The notes: generated by a model not told the origin, from the sequence alone. DNA of 64,000 nucleotides from an uncultured Candidatus Rokubacteria bacterium (GCA_963826115.1 CAWGVS010000011.1:174820-238819), one strand, 5' to 3'. Positions 31,411 through 41,556 are shown, counted from the first letter of the stretch. Translations and numbers: made by a program.

Positions 31411-32316
31411 ATGGAGTCAGCGGACGACGTCCGAGCGAGCCTTGCCGTTGCCCCGCTCGGGGACCTTCGCCCGCACGAGGCCACCTCCCCGGACGGTGAG
31501 TCCCGCGTGGCTGATCTCCTCGGGGCCGCGCGCGTTCTGTCCTGGCCGCTCGTCGTGGATGCCGCGTCCGGGCTGATCCTGGATGGGAGCCATCGCGCCG
31601 TCGTCCTCGCCCGCGACTTCGGCGCGCGCTTCGCCGTGATCCAGCGGGTCGACCTCGACTCGCCGGACGTACGCATCGGAACCTGGTGCCGCGTGCTCGA
31701 GAGCGTGCCCGCCGCCGCCTTCGACGCCGCCCGCCGCGCGCTCGGGCTCGAGGTCGGCGCGGAGGGAGGCCTCCGATGTCACTACGGCGACCGTGTCTAC
31801 GGCCGGCCCGGGCCCCAGGCGTCGGATCCTCACGCTCTGGCGAGTGAGGTCGAGCGACTCGTCTCACGGAACGGCCGCCGGCGCCCGCCGCGTCTGGTCG
31901 AGGACGAGGTGATCGCCGAGTGGCTGGCTGCGGCCGACGTCGTCGTCTTGCGTCCGCCGGCGCTCGACAAGCCAACCGTGCGCGAGCGGGCGGCCGGTCC
32001 GCTCCTGCCGCCAAAGTCGACCCGCTTCCTCTTGCCGTACCGGGTGCTCGGGCTTGCCGTGCCGCTCGCGGCGCTCGGGGGACCGCGAGCGGGGCTCGTG
32101 GCCGAGGTCGAGCGCGAGCGGGCGCGGCCGCTTGCGTGCCTGGGGGACGGGCTGGCCGTCGACCGGCACTACCCCGAGCGGCTCTGGCAGTTCGCCGACC
32201 ATCGAATTCCCGACAATCTCTTCGCGGACGAGGCGGGACGCCACGCATACGCGGACGCGCTCGCGCGGGCGACGTTCCCGGATCCGGCGCGACCCGGCCC
32301 ACGCCGTCAAGGCTGA
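31411..32316 (+). CDS. ParB/Srx-fold protein resembling free L-serine kinases SerK/SbnI
   Basis: LRPHE, PLVVD...[13 protein letters not shown]-terminal LLPPKSTRF. Confidence 0.65.
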   Translation: MESADDVRASLAVAPLGDLRPHEATSPDGESRVADLLGAARVLSWPLVVDAASGLILDGSHRAVVLARDFGARFAVIQRVDLDSPDVRIGTWCRVLESVPAAAFDAARRALGLEVGAEGGLRCHYGDRVYGRPGPQASDPHALASEVERLVSRNGRRRPPRLVEDEVIAEWLAAADVVVLRPPALDKPTVRERAAGPLLPPKSTRFLLPYRVLGLAVPLAALGGPRAGLVAEVERERARPLACLGDGLAVDRHYPERLWQFADHRIPDNLFADEAGRHAYADALARATFPDPARPGPRRQG

Positions 32317-32339
32317 ATCCAAGGCAGAAGGAGGCTCCC

Positions 32340-33704
32340 GTGGCCCAGACCAAGTTCGTGCTGGACGAGAAGGACCTGCCGAGCCGCTGGTACAACATCC
32401 AGGCGGACCTGCCGGCGCCGCTCCCGCCGGTGATCCACCCGGGCACGCTCCAGCCCATCGGCCCCCAGGACCTCGCGCCGCTGTTCCCGATGGAGATCAT
32501 CAAGCAGGAGGTGAGCCAGGAGCGGTGGATCGACATCCCCGAGCCGGTGCGGGACGTCTACCGGCTCTGGCGGCCGACGCCCCTCTACCGCGCCCACCGC
32601 CTGGAGAAGGCGCTCGGGACGCCCGCGCGCATCTACTACAAGTGGGAGGGCGTGTCGCCCGCCGGGAGCCACAAGCCCAACACCGCGGTCGCCCAGGCCT
32701 ACTACAACCACCAGGAGGGCGTCCGCCGCATCACGACGGAGACGGGCGCGGGGCAGTGGGGCTCGGCGCTGTCGTTCGCCTGCCAGATCTTCGGGATCGA
32801 GTGCAAGGTCTACATGGTGCGGGTCTCCTACGACCAGAAGCCGTACCGGCGGATCATGATGGAAGCGTGGGGCGGCCAGGTAGTGGCGAGCCCGTCTCGC
32901 GAGACTGCGGCCGGCCGCGCGATTCTTGCGAAGGACCCGCAGTCGCCGGGAAGCCTCGGCATCGCGATCTCGGAAGCGGTCGAGGAGGCGGCCCAGCGCG
33001 AGGACACGAAGTACTCGCTCGGTTCGGTGCTGAACCACGTGCTGACGCACCAGACGGTGATCGGGCTGGAGGCCCAGCGGCAGCTCGAGATGGCGGGCGA
33101 CCGTCCGGACATCCTCGTCGGCTGCATCGGGGGCGGCTCGAACTTCGGCGGGTTCACGTTCCCCTTCCTCCAGGACAAGCTGAACGGGCGGTGGAAGGAC
33201 CTTCGCGTCATCGCCGTCGAGCCCCAGGCGACTCCGAGCCTCACCAAGGGCGAGTACGTCTACGACTTCGGTGACACCGGACAGATGACGCCGCTGATCA
33301 AGATGTACACCCTCGGCCACTCCTTCATCCCGGCGCCGATCCATGCGGGGGGCCTCCGCTACCACGGCATGGCTCCTCTGGTGTGCGCGCTCTACGACCA
33401 CAAGGTGATCGAGGCGGTGGCCGTCCACCAGAACCCCACCTTCGAGGCGGCGCTGACGTTCGCGCGGGCGGAAGGGTTCCTGCCGGCGCCCGAGGCGGCT
33501 CACGCGATCCGGGTCGTCATCGACGAGGCGCTCCGCTGCAAGGCCTCGGGGGACCGGAAGGTCATCGCCTTCAACTTCTGCGGCCACGGCCACTTCGACC
33601 TCTCCGCCTACGAGCGCTACATGACGGGCAAGCTCGAGGACTTCGAGTACCCCGCGGCGGAGGTGAAGGCGGCGCTGGCGGGGCTTCCGAAGGTCAAGGT
33701 TTAG
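32340..33704 (+). CDS. trpB2: Tryptophan synthase beta chain type 2 (TrpB2)
   Basis: [26 protein letters not shown] (PLP Lys), [31 protein letters not shown]; AGGAGG RBS. Confidence 0.95.
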   Translation: MAQTKFVLDEKDLPSRWYNIQADLPAPLPPVIHPGTLQPIGPQDLAPLFPMEIIKQEVSQERWIDIPEPVRDVYRLWRPTPLYRAHRLEKALGTPARIYYKWEGVSPAGSHKPNTAVAQAYYNHQEGVRRITTETGAGQWGSALSFACQIFGIECKVYMVRVSYDQKPYRRIMMEAWGGQVVASPSRETAAGRAILAKDPQSPGSLGIAISEAVEEAAQREDTKYSLGSVLNHVLTHQTVIGLEAQRQLEMAGDRPDILVGCIGGGSNFGGFTFPFLQDKLNGRWKDLRVIAVEPQATPSLTKGEYVYDFGDTGQMTPLIKMYTLGHSFIPAPIHAGGLRYHGMAPLVCALYDHKVIEAVAVHQNPTFEAALTFARAEGFLPAPEAAHAIRVVIDEALRCKASGDRKVIAFNFCGHGHFDLSAYERYMTGKLEDFEYPAAEVKAALAGLPKVKV

Positions 33705-33820
33705 GTCTGCCGACGTTCGACCTCGTGGGCAAGGCATGCCGGAAGAGTGACGCGGGCTCGCGACAGAGCAGGCCGTAGTCGCGGCAGCCTCGAGCCTGTC
33801 AAGCCTGCGGAGAGATCAGC

Positions 33821-33850
33821 TTGACAAGGTAGCTTCCAGAAGCTACCTTG
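33821..33850 (+). promoter_or_regulatory. Sigma70 promoter with overlapping palindromic operator of the TA operon
   Basis: TTGACA (33821-26), 17 bp, TACCTT (33844-49). Perfect 11-bp IR caaggtagctt-ccag-aagctaccttg. Confidence 0.75.
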
Positions 33851-33856
33851 GCTCAG

Positions 33857-34147
33857 ATGCGAGCCGTTGGACTCAAGACCCTCAAGAACAAGCTCAGCGA
33901 GTACGTCAGGCTCGCGGCCGGCGGGGAGACGATCCTCGTGACGGACCGGGACCGCGTCGTGGCCGAGCTGGTGCCCCCCGGGGAGGGTCGGAGCGCCCTC
34001 CTGGGGGATGCCATGCTGGCCGAGGCCGTGCGTCGCGGCTGGGTCGTCCCCCCGTTGCTGAGCCCCGCTGGGGTGCCGCCGCGCAAGCCCGTGGCGAAGC
34101 TGAACGAGCTACTGGCGGAGCTGGAGCACGATCGAGGGGATCGGTGA
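33857..34147 (+). CDS. vapB: Phd/YefM-type antitoxin
   Basis: MRAVGLKTLKNKLSEYVRLAAGGETILVTDRDRVVAELVPP...DRGDR; overlaps the PIN gene by 4 nt. Confidence 0.88.
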   Translation: MRAVGLKTLKNKLSEYVRLAAGGETILVTDRDRVVAELVPPGEGRSALLGDAMLAEAVRRGWVVPPLLSPAGVPPRKPVAKLNELLAELEHDRGDR

Positions 34148-34530
34148 TCTACCTCGACACGTCGGTGGCCCTGGCCCAGCTCCTCGCCGAGGATCGGATC
34201 CCTCCCCAGGCGCTGTGGGCGGGACCGCTGATCGCGAGTCGCCTCCTGGAGTATGAGCTCTGGGTGCGGATCCACGCGCGTGACCTGGGCCGCTCCCACG
34301 GCGACGAGGTTCGCGCGCTTCTGGCCCGCGTGGCCCTCGTGGAGCTGGCGCCGCCGGTGCTCGCCAGGGCGCTGGAGCCGTTCCCGGGTGCGGTCCGGAC
34401 GCTCGACGCCTTCCACCTCGCCTCCCTCGAGTTCCTGCGTCAGCAGGGGCAGGCGGTGGAGCTGGCAACCTACGACGAGCGGCTCCGCAGCGCCGCGAGC
34501 GCGCTCCGGATCCCCCTCTACAGACTGTAG
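34144..34530 (+). CDS. vapC: PIN-domain toxin
   Basis: MIYLDTS, RTLDAFHLAS, ATYDERL. Confidence 0.9.
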   Translation: MIYLDTSVALAQLLAEDRIPPQALWAGPLIASRLLEYELWVRIHARDLGRSHGDEVRALLARVALVELAPPVLARALEPFPGAVRTLDAFHLASLEFLRQQGQAVELATYDERLRSAASALRIPLYRL

Positions 34531-34577
34531 AGGCTCCGTCCCTCCCTTGGGCCGGCGGGAGAGCCAGTGAGCACCAG

Positions 34578-35732
34578 ATGGACTTCCGGCTGAGCGCGGA
34601 GCAGGAGGAGTTCCGGCGGGCCGTCGCCCGCTTCGTGGACGCGGAGGTGGCGCCGGTCGCCCACGAGATCGACGAGGCGGGGGCGTTTCCCCGCGCGCTC
34701 TTCCGGCGCCTGGGCGAGCAAGGCTACCTCGCCCTTCGTTACCCCGAGGTCTACGGCGGGGCGGACGCGGACTTCGTGACCTACTGCCTCTTCGCCGAGG
34801 AGCTGGCCCGCGGGTCGATGTCGGTTGCCGCGCTCGCCGCGATGCAGAGCCTCATGGGGACGCATTTCATCTGGAAGTACGGAAGTGACGCGCTTCGCGA
34901 ACGCTACCTGGTCCCGGCGCTTCGCGGGGAGAAGGTCGCCACGTTCGCTCTGACCGAGCCAAATGCGGGGTCCGACATCGGCAACCTCGCCACCAGGGCG
35001 GAGCGCGTCGAGGGCGGCTGGCGTCTCAAGGGCACCAAGACCTGGGTCACGAACGCGCCGGTCGCCGACATGCTGACGGTCTGCGCGAAAACGTCCCCCG
35101 AGCGCGGGATGAAGCACATCGCGCTGTTCCTGGTCGACCGGCAATTCCCCGGCGTGACGCTCGGCAAGAGGATCGAGAAGCTCGGCGTGCGGGCGTCGGC
35201 GACCGGCGAGATCATCCTCGACGACGTGCTCGTCCCGGACGAGCACCTCCTCGGCGGCGAGACGGGCGGGGTCGAGAAGGTGGGGGGCATCCTCTCGGAG
35301 ATCCGCGTGATGACGGGCGCGCTCTCGGTCGGCCTCGGCCGTGCGGCGTACAACGCCGCGCTCCGCTACTCGAAGGAGCGCGTCACGTTCGGGAAGCCGA
35401 TCGGCGAGCACCAGGCGGTGACCTTCCGGCTCGTCGACATGCTCACGCAGCTTCACGCGGCGAGCCTGCTCGTGTACCACGCAGCGTGGTGCATCGACCA
35501 GGGACGCCCGGTTACGCGGGAGGCGGCGATGACCAAGCTCTTCGCCTCCGAGGCCGCGAACCGGATCTGCGACGAGGCCTCGCGGATCTTCGCCTCGTAC
35601 TCGTTCGCCACCGAGTACCCCATAGAGCGATACTTCCGAGATGCGCGCTTCCTGCTGTGGGGCGGGGGCACGAGCGAGATCCTGCGAGTCATCATCGGGC
35701 GCGACCTCGACCGTCCGTCGAGCCTCGGATGA
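34578..35732 (+). CDS. Acyl-CoA dehydrogenase family protein
   Basis: FALTEPNAGSD, GTKTWVTN, KLGVRAS, FGKPIGEHQ, RDARFLLWGGGTSEI. Confidence 0.93.
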   Translation: MDFRLSAEQEEFRRAVARFVDAEVAPVAHEIDEAGAFPRALFRRLGEQGYLALRYPEVYGGADADFVTYCLFAEELARGSMSVAALAAMQSLMGTHFIWKYGSDALRERYLVPALRGEKVATFALTEPNAGSDIGNLATRAERVEGGWRLKGTKTWVTNAPVADMLTVCAKTSPERGMKHIALFLVDRQFPGVTLGKRIEKLGVRASATGEIILDDVLVPDEHLLGGETGGVEKVGGILSEIRVMTGALSVGLGRAAYNAALRYSKERVTFGKPIGEHQAVTFRLVDMLTQLHAASLLVYHAAWCIDQGRPVTREAAMTKLFASEAANRICDEASRIFASYSFATEYPIERYFRDARFLLWGGGTSEILRVIIGRDLDRPSSLG

Positions 35733-35766
35733 CCACCATCGCCTGATCGGCCGCGCGGACACAGCC

Positions 35767-36249
35767 ATGGGGGAGTGGTTCAACCGCGACGCGATGAGCC
35801 ACAAGATGACCGAGGACCAGTGGGACCAGGTGCTCACGGTCAACCTCAGGGGGACCTTCCTCTGCGCCCAGGCCGCGCTGGTAGGGATGCGGGAGCGCGG
35901 CTGGGGGCGTGTGATCAACACGTCGTCGGTCGGGTCGCTCGGGAACATCGGCCAGGCCAACTACTCCGCCTCGAAGGCGGGCGTCATCGGCCTCACGCGC
36001 ACGCTGGCGCTCGAGTGTGCGAAGTTCGGGATCACCGTGAACTGCGTCGCCCCGGGGCCGGTCATGACGCGGATGCTGGCGGGTGTCACCGAGGCGATTC
36101 GCGAGAAGATCGTCGCGCGCGTCCCGACCGGGCGGGTCGCCCGGCCCGACGAGATCCCCGGCGTTCACGCCTTTCTCGCCTCCGAGGACGCGGCATTCAT
36201 CACGGGCCAGGTGCTCTTCGTCGACGGCGGCATGTCCGTCGGCGTCTGA
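35767..36249 (+). pseudogene. 5'-truncated FabG-like SDR
   Basis: Only the C-terminal half is present (VNLRG, GQANYSASKAG, TGQVLFVDGG); no TGxxxGIG or NNAG. Confidence 0.7.
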
Positions 36250-36252
36250 CCC

Positions 36253-37527
36253 GTGACGATGCCCGGCGGCTCGACGGAGGATCTTCTCCAGGCGGTCCGG
36301 ACCGGCGACCTCTCGCGGCTGGCGGGACTCCTGGATGCCGATCCCGCTCTCATCCGGGCGCGCGGCCCGGGCGGTGAGACCCTGGCCCTCCTGGCCTGCT
36401 ACCGACGACAGCCGGCCACCCTGGGCGTCCTGCGGGCCCGCGGCGCGGTGCTCGACGTGTTCGAGGCCGCCGCCGCCGGCGACATCACGCGTCTGGCTCT
36501 TCTCCTGGCCGGGGCGCCTGAGCTCGTGTCCGCGTACGCCGGCGACGGCTGGACGCCTCTCCACCTCGCGGCTCACTTCGGAGAGACGCCGGCCGTCGCG
36601 CTGCTGCTCGCGCATGGCGCGGATCCTCGTGCCCGCTCGCGGAACGCGCTCGTCAACACGCCTCTTCACGCGGGGCTGGCGGGCACGGCGGGGCTCGACC
36701 TGGTGAGCCGCCTGCTTTCCGCCGGGGCGGAGGTGAACGCGGCCGATGCGGCCGGCTACACGCCGCTCCACCTCGCGGCGAGCCGAGGCGAGCTGTCGCT
36801 CGTCACCCGTCTCCTTCTCTGCGGGGCCGAGACATCGGCACGGACGGCGGAGGATCGAACCGGCGCCGACCTCGCCCGGGCGCGAGGGCATGAGGCGACG
36901 GCGCGGTTCCTGGAGACCTGGTGGGGGGAGCGCGCCCGGATCGTTGCGCGGCGAGAGCGCCAGCTATCGCCGTGGACCACGCTGATCGAGAAGGATGTCG
37001 AATTCGCGCCGGGTCGGACGCCGGACACCTATCACGCGTTCGGGCCGTTCGACTGGGTCGTCGCCGTCGCCTGGCTGCCGGACGGGCGCGTCCCGATCGT
37101 CCGACAGTTTCGGCCAGCCGTCGAGCGGTACACCTGGGAGCTGCCATCGGGCCTGGTGGACCCGGGTGAGGATCCGGAGACGGCATGCCGGCGGGAGCTC
37201 CTGGAGGAGACGGGCCTCCGGTCCGACCGCGTGACCTATCTCGGCGGGTATCGTCCCGACACGGGCCGCCTCGAGCTGGTCCAGCACGTCTTCCGCATCG
37301 AGGCGTCGGGGCCCGCGCCGGAGTTCGTACCGGAGCCCGGGGTTGTCGTCGAGTACGTCCGGCCCGAGACGGTGTCGGAGCTCATTCGTTCGGAGAGCTT
37401 CGTCCAGCTTCATCACATCGCCGCCTGGCTTCTGGCAACCGCTGACCGAGCTTCCCGCGCTGACGGCCTTCCTCTCCCGGGGCGCCCGCGAGCTGCCACT
37501 CGCACCGAGCGCGACGCCGGCGGCTGA
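36253..37527 (+). CDS. Ankyrin-repeat / Nudix hydrolase fusion protein
   Basis: Ankyrin repeats (DGWTPLHLAA, NTPLHA, GYTPLHLAA), then VRQFRPAV and Nudix box GLVDPGEDPETACRRELLEETGL. Confidence 0.8.
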   Translation: MTMPGGSTEDLLQAVRTGDLSRLAGLLDADPALIRARGPGGETLALLACYRRQPATLGVLRARGAVLDVFEAAAAGDITRLALLLAGAPELVSAYAGDGWTPLHLAAHFGETPAVALLLAHGADPRARSRNALVNTPLHAGLAGTAGLDLVSRLLSAGAEVNAADAAGYTPLHLAASRGELSLVTRLLLCGAETSARTAEDRTGADLARARGHEATARFLETWWGERARIVARRERQLSPWTTLIEKDVEFAPGRTPDTYHAFGPFDWVVAVAWLPDGRVPIVRQFRPAVERYTWELPSGLVDPGEDPETACRRELLEETGLRSDRVTYLGGYRPDTGRLELVQHVFRIEASGPAPEFVPEPGVVVEYVRPETVSELIRSESFVQLHHIAAWLLATADRASRADGLPLPGRPRAATRTERDAGG

Positions 37528-37677
37528 TCGGCGGCCTCAGCCGACGGAGCGGACGGCGGCGAAGGAGAAGGCGAAGAGCACGAGCAGACCCAGGGGAACA
37601 GTCGCAGAGCCTCACCCAGCATTTCTGGGGTAAGGTGGAGCCGACTGTCGGCCTGTCGGCCGAAGGGAGCTTGGCGG

Positions 37678-38841
37678 ATGCGGCGAGTGGCCCTGGTCGG
37701 AGCGGGCATGACGCGCTTCGGCGTGCGGAAGGCGACGTATCGCGACCTCATCTGGGAGGCCGGCAAGGCGTGCTTCGACTCGGTGCCGGCCGTGCGGCCG
37801 GCTGACCTCGAGGGCATCGTGGTGGGCTCGGTCATGCCGGAGCGCACCGTCTTCCAGAGCCACATCTCCTCCCTCGCCGCCGAGGCGCTCGGGATCAAGC
37901 CGAGCCGGCTCTCTGCCCGGACCGAGCACATGTGCGCCTCGGGCACCGTCGGGCTCCGGTACGCCTATGCCTTCATCGCAGCCGGCCTCGCGGATCTGGT
38001 CATGGTCCTCGGCGTGGAGAAGCTGAACGTGCCCACGCCCGACGAGGCTCTCCTCAACATGGGCGCGGGCGTCGACCGGGAGTGGGAGGCCGCACACGGG
38101 CTCACCGCGCCGCCCTGCTTCGCCCTGGCGGCGCAGGCGCACATGGCGCGCCACGGCACGACCGAGGAGCAGATGGCGCTGGTCAGCGTGAAGAACCACA
38201 ACCACGCGAGCCGGAATCCCTACGCGCACTTCCAGAAGGGAGCGACCCTCGACCAGGTGCTCTGCTCCCGCATGATCGCGACCCCGTTTCGCCTGTTCAT
38301 GTGCTCGCCCATCACAGACGGCGCTGCTGCCGTCATCGTCGCCAGCGAGGAGCGGGCCCGCGATCTGACGGACCGGCCCGTGTGGATCCGAGGCACCGGC
38401 CAGGCCCTGGACGGGTTCACCCTGTCCGCGCTTCCCGAGGACTACGCGAGCTGGCCGTCGATGCGGCGGGCGGCGGAAGAGGCCTACCGGATGGCTGGCG
38501 TCGGCCCCGACGACGTGGATCTCGCGGAGGTGCACGACTGCTTTGCCATCGCGGAGATCATCGCCTACGAGGAGCTTGGCTTCTGCGCGAAGGGGGAGGG
38601 CGGCCGCTTCGTCGAGAAGGGCCTGTCCGATTACGGGGGGAAGGTCGTGGTCAACCCGCGCGGCGGGCTGATCGGCTGCGGCCACCCCCTCGGCGCCACG
38701 GGGATCGCCCAGGCTTCCGAGGCCTTCTGGCAGCTTCGTGGCGAGGCCGGTCCGCGCCAGGTGCCGGCGGCGCGGCTTGCCCTCACCCACAACAACTCAG
38801 GGATGGGCGAGCACGTCGTCATGCTCTACGGGCGTGACTGA
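37678..38841 (+). CDS. SCP2-type thiolase-domain protein
   Basis: VGAGMTRFG, EHMCASG, CSPITDGAAA, EVHDCF, GHPLGATG. Confidence 0.92.
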   Translation: MRRVALVGAGMTRFGVRKATYRDLIWEAGKACFDSVPAVRPADLEGIVVGSVMPERTVFQSHISSLAAEALGIKPSRLSARTEHMCASGTVGLRYAYAFIAAGLADLVMVLGVEKLNVPTPDEALLNMGAGVDREWEAAHGLTAPPCFALAAQAHMARHGTTEEQMALVSVKNHNHASRNPYAHFQKGATLDQVLCSRMIATPFRLFMCSPITDGAAAVIVASEERARDLTDRPVWIRGTGQALDGFTLSALPEDYASWPSMRRAAEEAYRMAGVGPDDVDLAEVHDCFAIAEIIAYEELGFCAKGEGGRFVEKGLSDYGGKVVVNPRGGLIGCGHPLGATGIAQASEAFWQLRGEAGPRQVPAARLALTHNNSGMGEHVVMLYGRD

Positions 38842-38908
38842 ATCGAGCCTCTTCGCGGGGACGTGACCGACCGGCAGCGCCGCCCTGTCGGCGGCGGCGC
38901 TGCCCGGA

Positions 38909-40352
38909 TCAGGCTGGCTGGGTTCCGGAAGCTGGCTGGCGCGGCCCCCCGCGCCAGCGCCGCCGCCGGCGCCGGCGGCCACGCGCCGGCGGGCCAGCAG
39001 CAGGACCGGGAGGGAGCGTGGCCCGGTTACCGTCGATCTCGGGCAGCTCGGGCTCGCTATCCGCCCACCTGAGAAAGTCCGGCTGACGGTCGTCTTCCAC
39101 TTCCTCCGTCTCGGCGGCCTCGGCTACGGGCTTCTCCACGATCGGCGCCGCGCTCTGGACTCGGGGCGCGCTCTCCGCCTGCGGCTCGTTCGCGGGCGGG
39201 ACGCCGTCCTCGGCGAGGGTGATCGTCCCGGACGGGCTCACGAGGAGCTCCTTGATCCGGCGGAGCCGCGTGACGAGTCGGGGAGAGCCCGCTGGCCGCT
39301 GGAATCCCCGGGACTTCAGCGCGTTGGCCACCGCGTCGATGCTGACGACGCGCTTGGGCGCCGCCTCGACGAGGCCGCGGACGACGGACACCAGCTCGTC
39401 GTGAGGAGCGGTGGTCTGGGGGGACTCGGGCTGCGGCCGCGGGGCATGCGAGGTGACCGGACGACCTCTGCCGCCGCTTCCCGTGCGTCCGCCGCGCGAC
39501 CCGCCGGACGGACCATGCCGAGGGCCTTCGCGCGAATCGACGTGCCGACGCTCGCCGGTCTGCGCCGGCGGCGGACCGCCGGGCCCACGCCCCCGGCGGC
39601 GACGCCGTCGGCGCGAACCTGAAGCGCTCGCGCTCGCCGCGAGGGGCCGGCTCTCCTCCTCGACGAGCACCGTCTCCGGCGAGTCCTCCTTGAGACGGCG
39701 ATAGGACAGGCGGCGGAACTCGATCCCCAGGCTGGCGGCGACGTCTCCCACGGCGTCGAAGGCGCGGTCGTCGGACACGATCTCGATGATGTCGCCGGGC
39801 CGGGCCGACGCCAGCCAGATCCCGGCCGCGACGGCGATGCGCAGGTCGCTCCAGTCGCGGACGCCCGTCGAGGGGGCGCTGTGCACGAGATGAGCCCCGC
39901 GCGCTGCCAGGAGCCGCGCTGCTTCATGACCCACCACGCGCCAGTTCGCGACGGCCACGAGCTCGGTCCGACGATCCCATCGGATCGACCCCCAGGTGGT
40001 CGATGACGTGGGCGAGGTGCTGGGCGCGGCTCGTGTTCTCGACGTCGAGGAAGATCGCGCGCCGGCCGGGGGGCCGCGGACGCTCGGGCTCGGGCGGCGG
40101 CACGCGAGCGGCGAACGCGCTCTCGATGGTGGAGAGGGGTACCGGGAGGGGCTCGGGCTCGTCGATGACTCGGACGACGACCGGAGCCACGGGCTCGGGG
40201 GGTGGTGCCTCGACGACCGCGCGACGCGAGCGCTCGGCTGCCTTCGGGCTTCTCCGTCCACTCGACGCCGCGCGGGAAGAGCTACTCCGCGTCTTCTTTC
40301 GGCTCCCGTCTCGGCTCGAGCTGGTCGTCACGGTCGCCTCAGTGTAACGCAT
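38909..40352 (-). CDS. NYN/LabA (PIN-like) domain plus OST-HTH/LOTUS-like protein with Arg-rich disordered regions; frameshift near 39985
   Basis: AIFLDVEN / DWSDLRIAV...IVSDDRAFD acidic motifs; C-terminal helix-turn-helix-like segment VANALKSRGF...LVTRLRRI. Confidence 0.7.
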
Positions 40353-40463
40353 GACGGTGGGTTCGCGCGCGTCCCGGAGACAGGAGGCTGCCGGGGCGCT
40401 TCGACCGGCGGACCCTGGCCCCTTCGAGGTCGGTACAGGACCCGGCTGCTATACTCCCGGCTG

Positions 40464-40995
40464 GTGAACACCGACGTGACGCCTCCGGTTGGGCAGCCTC
40501 TCCAGCTCGTGCACCCCGTGCTGCCCCCGGCGGGGTCGACTCTGGGGCGCCGGCCGGCCGAGCTATCCGGACGAGCCGCCTAGCGCCGACGCGGTGGATG
40601 CGGGCGTCCGAGCCTGGCGGGAGCTGGGGGTCGGGCTCGTACTGAGCCTCATCGAGGACTGGGAACTGCCGAGGCGGGCTCCGGGACTGTTCGAGGCGCT
40701 CGCGCGGGAGCGGATCGACCTGTGCCGGCACCCCATCGCGGACTTCGGGGCACCGCGAGACGTGACGGGGTTTCGTCGGTTGCTCCGTGACGTCGGGGAG
40801 CGCCTGGCTGCCGGCGACGGAATCCTGGTCCACTGCAACGCCGGTCTCGGCCGAACGGCCGTCGTCCTCGCATCCATCCTGAAGTCGCATGGGCTGGCCC
40901 TTGACCCGGTGACGGAGCTCCGGCGCATCTACCGGTCGAGTGCCATGCAGGAGCCCGTTCAAGAAGCCTTCGTCCGGGGCCTCCCCACGGGCTGA
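40464..40995 (+). CDS. Cys-based protein tyrosine/dual-specificity phosphatase-like protein; frameshift near 40530
   Basis: HPIADFG acid loop, VHCNAGLGRT (CX5R), QEAFV; TATACT at 40450-55 precedes the GTG. Confidence 0.82.
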
Positions 40996-41073
40996 TCTTT
41001 CTCGCAGCCGTTCCGCCAGTCGCGCCGGCCCATGTCGGCGAATGATAGACTGCCGGCTGGGAGAGTTGATCCC

Positions 41074-41556
41074 ATGACCGAGCCCGCCACCGCGCCGGGC
41101 ACGCCAACCCGGCTTCCGTACGTCCGGGTGGTAGACCCGCTGCCCCTCGAGTCCCCGGAGCACAACAAGCTCCATCCCTTCTACGCGCATCTCGCGGAAG
41201 GCCGCCTGACCACGACCCGGTGCCGGGACTGCCGGCGGATCGACTGGCCGCCGCGGGGCTTTTGCCCCGCGTGCACGTCCGACGCGTTCGACTGGGTGGA
41301 CCTCCCGCCGGACGGCAAGGTGCACGGCTTCAGTGTCCAGGAGACCGGCGTGCCGGCTGGTTTCGCGAGACCGCTGGTGTTCGCGATGGTCGAGGTGGCG
41401 GGGCTCCGCCTATTCGCGCCTCTCGTCGGCGTCGCGGATCCAGCCGCCCTCGCGGTGGGCGCCCACGTCCGGTTCGCACCGGTCCGGGTGGCCGACGACC
41501 CGCAGGGGAAGCCGCGCTACCTGCCGGCCTTCACGCCAGCGGTGACACCACGGTGA
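41074..41556 (+). CDS. DUF35 Zn-ribbon/OB-fold protein (thiolase partner)
   Basis: [15 protein letters not shown]...[12 protein letters not shown]-fold C-terminus. Confidence 0.88.
   Translation: MTEPATAPGTPTRLPYVRVVDPLPLESPEHNKLHPFYAHLAEGRLTTTRCRDCRRIDWPPRGFCPACTSDAFDWVDLPPDGKVHGFSVQETGVPAGFARPLVFAMVEVAGLRLFAPLVGVADPAALAVGAHVRFAPVRVADDPQGKPRYLPAFTPAVTPR

Noticed and set aside
31411-32316. Chromosome-partitioning ParB
   Set aside because: No parA, no HTH or dimerisation domain, and DGSHR/PKSTR instead of the GERRxRA motif.
40996-41073. Cobalamin riboswitch upstream of the mutase operon
   Set aside because: The gap is too short and has no recognisable B12-box.
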